Both the position numbers and the translations under genes were made by a program. The notes under the pieces are model-generated. The model had not been told where the DNA came from and made no database searches. It saw only the letters and a program-made list of their open reading frames with translations. Shown here one piece after another: positions 41,776 through 44,773 of a stretch of DNA of 44,773 nucleotides. Positions within the stretch are counted from its first letter, which is position 1. Each line of letters starts with the position of its first letter. The DNA is from Candidatus Kaiserbacteria bacterium (GTDB taxonomy: Bacteria; Patescibacteriota; Minisyncoccia; Phycocordibacterales; UBA2100), in the NCBI GenBank assembly GCA_043747375.1, contig JAYTPG010000058.1, positions 1 through 44,773 of the forward strand, read 5' to 3'.

Positions 41776-42122
41776 CTGCACAAAGCAGTCGCCCTCAAGT
41801 AATTGGGGGAGGAAAGTCCGGACACGCGCGCGCAAGCGCAGACAGGTAGCGGGTAACGCCCGTCGGAAGTGATTCCAGGGATGCGAGCAGAGACGCCAAT
41901 GCCGAGAGGCTAGGGTGCCCAGTCTGCCGAAAGGCAGGCTTGGGGATAGTCCTGTAGTAATACAGGAATGAAACGGCAAAATTCCTATCCGCGTGCAAGG
42001 CCGTGCTTGTTGCAACCACGCGTGGCAACAAGAGAGCCGCTTGAGGTTGTCGGTAACGACGATCCCAGACACATGATTGCTCAACCGCGAAAGCGGGGGA
42101 CAAAATCCGGCTTATGGTGCAG
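41776..42122 (+). ncRNA. rnpB: RNase P RNA (bacterial type A core)
   Basis: GGAGGAAAGTCCGGAC (P4 5' strand) and ACAAAATCCGGCTTAT (P4 3' strand). P1 is CTGCAC (41776-41781) / GTGCAG (42117-42122). ~347 nt. Ends are approximate. Confidence 0.85.
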
Positions 42123-42133
42123 TGAAGCCGAAA

Positions 42134-42161
42134 GAAGTGGGAGTGCTTGCACTCCCACTTC
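42134..42161 (+). other. Perfect 11-12 bp hairpin immediately 3' of rnpB
   Basis: GAAGTGGGAGT-gcttgc-ACTCCCACTTC. No U-tract follows. Confidence 0.6.
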
Positions 42162-42204
42162 CGAGGCAAACAAAATAAACGCGCAAAGTTATATGGTACA
42201 GAAA

Positions 42205-42237
42205 GAAACCAGGGTGTAAGCCCTGGTTTCTTTTTTT
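42205..42237 (+). terminator. Intrinsic terminator about 80 nt downstream of rnpB
   Basis: GAAACCAGGG-tgtaag-CCCTGGTTTC followed by TTTTTTT. Confidence 0.85.
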
Positions 42238-42266
42238 CAAAAAAGATATGTTACGATAGATTCACT

Positions 42267-44564
42267 ATGAACACACACGAAAACGCATATGTTTTGTTTT
42301 TCGATGCATTTGCTCGATGGTGCATCATTTTTATTTCTTTTCTGATCCCATTCTTTGTCATACCCGTCTCATGGGCTTCCGCAGCGCAGTCCAAAATGAT
42401 TCTTATTGCAAGCGTTCTTATTGTCGGCACACTTTCGTGGGTTATTGCTCGATGCGTAGAGCGAGCTGTCCCGAGTCTCCCAAACCCAATAATGGGGGCA
42501 GCAATTTTGTTACCAATCGCGTACACGATTTCCGCGCTTGTCGCACGCTCCTCTTCGGTTTCTTTTGTAAGCGGAAATGGTCAGCTCGACACGGTAGCAT
42601 CAACAGCCATACTTTTTGGTATCGTTTCACTTGCCTTTGTATCTTTTCACGACGCAAAACGAGCGGCACGCGCCGCCGTTTTTGCGTTTCTCATTGGTGC
42701 GGGAGTTTTGTTTCTCATTCAGGAAATGCACCTCCTATTTCCGGCGTATGTTACTTTTTTCGGCACGCTTCCTGGAAACGCATCCTCGCTTGCAGGTTCG
42801 TGGCATGACTTGGCGATCTTTGCAGGGCTCGCCGCAATCTTTGGAACGCTTCTCTTGCAAACTCACGTTGCTCGAGGTGCAGTCATCATTTGGAGTCTTC
42901 GCGCCGTTGTGGTACTTGCACTTGCCCTGCTTCTTGTCGTTAACTTTGTCGATACATGGTATTTCGTAAGTGCCGCGCTGGCTCTTTACATCATATTTAC
43001 ATTGCTGAGGCCGCAGACTCTTCGACAGAGATTTCTCGAGCGCCTTCGCGATATCTGGCCCGTACTTGGTATCGCACTTTTGTCTCTTGGCGCCGCGCTT
43101 GCCCCTACATTCATATTCAGTCATCTACCGGCACAGCTGCAGATACCGCAGACAGAAGTTCGCCCTTCTTTTGAAGGGACATTTGCGGTCGGACATCCCG
43201 TATTTGAGAAGTCGACAAATTTCATTTTCGGATCTGGACCAAATACATTCATGCAGCAATGGGCTCGATTTAAACCGAGCGGAGTCAATGCAACCGATTT
43301 TTGGAATGCTGACTTCACCAGTGGCGTCGGTGTTGTTCCGACTTCATTTGTAACGGTGGGTCTCTTAGGCGTCCTCGCATGGCTGGCAATATTTCTTGCG
43401 ATTCTTTGGAGTGGTTATAAACATGTGCGCGAAAATTCCGAGGAGGGAGGCATGCGCGTCACCTTCGTTATCGTTACTCTCTACCTGCTCGCTTTTCACA
43501 TTATTTATGTGCCAGGAATCGCAATATCGGTAATGCTTTTCTTACTACTCGGTATTTTAGGGGCAAGCAAAAAATCTCCAAGCATTTCTATTCTCGGCGA
43601 TTATTGGGGCGCGTCACAGGCCGCTATTGCGTTCCTTGTCGTACTTCTTATTCTCTGCGCTTCACTGGCGACGCTTCGAACAACTATTTCTACACTCGTC
43701 GTGTACCAAGCGGCTGCACAGTACCGAATCGACAATGATGTTTCCAAGGCAATTGCGCGCGTGAATACCGCGATATGGATCGACGGAGAAAATGACGTCG
43801 CCCAGCGTGCCGCTGTTGAAGTTGGCCTTCTTCAATTCCAGAAACTTGCTCCCGCGGTTGGTTCCGATACGATAAAACGAGACGCACTTCAGGCGAGTCT
43901 TTCGGAAACAATCTCGCACGCACTCGCAGCTGTTTCAATAGACAATACAAACTATCAAAACTGGTTTTCTATTGCAGGGCTCTACCAGTCGCTCGCCGGG
44001 GTGGGTATTCAGGGTGCATACGATCAGGCCCGCAATGCCTACCTTAAAGCGGCGTCTACGACGCCGACAAATCCGTTGCCGTATATTCAGCTTGCCCAGA
44101 CTTCCATGGTCCAAGGGGACGCCGCGACCGCCTTGATGGCACTTAACAATGCAATAGCGTTGAAACAAAATCTCGCTGCACCCTATTACTTACGTTCACA
44201 AATTGACATCGCACAAGGTAACCTGAATCAAGCCACCCAAGATGCGTTGGCTGCCGCGCAACTTGCGCAACAAGATCCACTTGCGTGGTATAACCTGGGC
44301 GCCGTCCTATACGCTGGAAACGATCCTAAAGATGCGGCAACGGCTTTTGAAAGAGCTATTTCACTTCAAGCAGATTATTCTAATGCCCTCTTCGCACTCG
44401 GCGTAATTTATGACCAGCTTGGAAGGCATCCTGAGGCGCTCGAAATGATTCAGCGCCTTGAAAAACTGAATCCGAATGATGCAACGATCAAGCAAGTTCT
44501 TGCCAATATTCAATCGGGTAAGCCAGCGATGGGGGAATCAAAGCCCGTCCCAAAGAAAAAGTAA
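42267..44564 (+). CDS. Polytopic membrane protein with C-terminal TPR repeats (O-antigen ligase/Wzy_C-like architecture)
   Basis: ATG 42267 is chosen because the upstream part of the track ORF runs through the rnpB hairpin and terminator. More than 10 hydrophobic segments, then TPR-like repeats (WYNLGAVLYAGNDPKDAATAFERAISLQADYSNALFALGVIYDQLGRHPEALEMIQRLEKLNP). Confidence 0.65.
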   Translation: MNTHENAYVLFFDAFARWCIIFISFLIPFFVIPVSWASAAQSKMILIASVLIVGTLSWVIARCVERAVPSLPNPIMGAAILLPIAYTISALVARSSSVSFVSGNGQLDTVASTAILFGIVSLAFVSFHDAKRAARAAVFAFLIGAGVLFLIQEMHLLFPAYVTFFGTLPGNASSLAGSWHDLAIFAGLAAIFGTLLLQTHVARGAVIIWSLRAVVVLALALLLVVNFVDTWYFVSAALALYIIFTLLRPQTLRQRFLERLRDIWPVLGIALLSLGAALAPTFIFSHLPAQLQIPQTEVRPSFEGTFAVGHPVFEKSTNFIFGSGPNTFMQQWARFKPSGVNATDFWNADFTSGVGVVPTSFVTVGLLGVLAWLAIFLAILWSGYKHVRENSEEGGMRVTFVIVTLYLLAFHIIYVPGIAISVMLFLLLGILGASKKSPSISILGDYWGASQAAIAFLVVLLILCASLATLRTTISTLVVYQAAAQYRIDNDVSKAIARVNTAIWIDGENDVAQRAAVEVGLLQFQKLAPAVGSDTIKRDALQASLSETISHALAAVSIDNTNYQNWFSIAGLYQSLAGVGIQGAYDQARNAYLKAASTTPTNPLPYIQLAQTSMVQGDAATALMALNNAIALKQNLAAPYYLRSQIDIAQGNLNQATQDALAAAQLAQQDPLAWYNLGAVLYAGNDPKDAATAFERAISLQADYSNALFALGVIYDQLGRHPEALEMIQRLEKLNPNDATIKQVLANIQSGKPAMGESKPVPKKK

Positions 44565-44570
44565 TTCCAT

Positions 44571-44773
44571 ATGATGCGTAGCGCGTTTCGTTTCCTCTCG
44601 GCGGAGGTCAGGGGACTTCATCGAGCCGCATCCATTCTCGCAGGTGCCGCACTTTTATCTTCACTTCTTGCGCTCGCGCGGGACCGACTTCTTGCGCACA
44701 CGTTCGGAGCGGGCGCCCAGCTCGACCTTTATTACGCCGCGTTTCGAATTCCTGACCTACTCTTTGTTGCAAC
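44571..44773 (+). CDS. murJ: Lipid II flippase MurJ/MviN, N-terminal fragment (3' end lies outside the window)
   Basis: LLSSLLALARDRLLAHTFGAGAQLDLYYAAFRIPDLLFVA matches the MurJ N-terminal pattern (..RD...A..FGAG...DAF..AFRIPN.L). Confidence 0.7.
   Translation, partial: MMRSAFRFLSAEVRGLHRAASILAGAALLSSLLALARDRLLAHTFGAGAQLDLYYAAFRIPDLLFVA

Noticed and set aside
41203-42084. 293-aa minus-strand ORF, plus 41795..42169(-) and 41968..42219(+)
   Set aside because: It lies antisense to the DUF192 gene and runs straight through the RNase P RNA, which carries the GGAGGAAAGTCCGGAC and ACAAAATCCGGCTTAT hallmarks. It has no start signals and an Arg/Cys/His-rich nonsense-like composition.
42147-42266. 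Upstream extension of the TPR membrane protein ORF (TTG 42147)
   Set aside because: It would start inside the hairpin 3' of rnpB and read through a strong intrinsic terminator (42205-42237). ATG 42267 follows the terminator.
1-44773. Alternative genetic code (UGA recoding as in some CPR lineages)
   Set aside because: TGA terminates several well-bounded genes (sanA-like, purF, the 80-aa gene), and conserved proteins are full length with no in-frame TGA. Code 11 fits.

Overview
This 44.8 kb window looks like chromosomal DNA from a small-genome bacterium. The gene content suggests a Candidate Phyla Radiation / Patescibacteria (Parcubacteria-like) organism, but that is inference only. The standard genetic code applies: TAA, TAG and TGA all end well-bounded ORFs. 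I call about 47 protein genes. Housekeeping genes: purF, glmS, metK, maf, nth, murF, rnj, secG, groES/groEL, lemA, htpX, mscL, msrB and the murJ 5' end. Secreted or envelope-active enzymes: a PKD/IPT protein, a GH18 hydrolase, a matrixin-like protease, a CBM + Ig-repeat + CE4 deacetylase, an SGNH hydrolase and a DsbA-like protein. RNA genes and elements: tRNA-Ser(GGA), RNase P RNA (type A core), a SAM-I riboswitch with terminator upstream of metK, and a probable glmS ribozyme upstream of glmS. No CRISPR array, transposase, integrase or rRNA gene was seen. Observations most worth a second look: (1) The 30.4-39.9 kb locus is built around a 1798-aa secreted giant protein with a lytic-transglycosylase-like motif. 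It is preceded by three tiny self-contained transcription units, one of them a 35-aa membrane peptide absent from the ORF track, and followed by lemA, three unknown genes and htpX. (2) A P-loop NTPase gene is flanked by a 33-nt direct repeat that duplicates the 3' end of the GH18 gene, which looks like an insertion scar. (3) At least nine genes have a TANNNT box exactly 6-7 nt upstream of the ATG, which suggests leaderless mRNAs. (4) Both HhH-GPD DNA glycosylases lack the usual 4-Cys Fe-S ligand set. All family calls come from motif recognition by eye. No database search was run.
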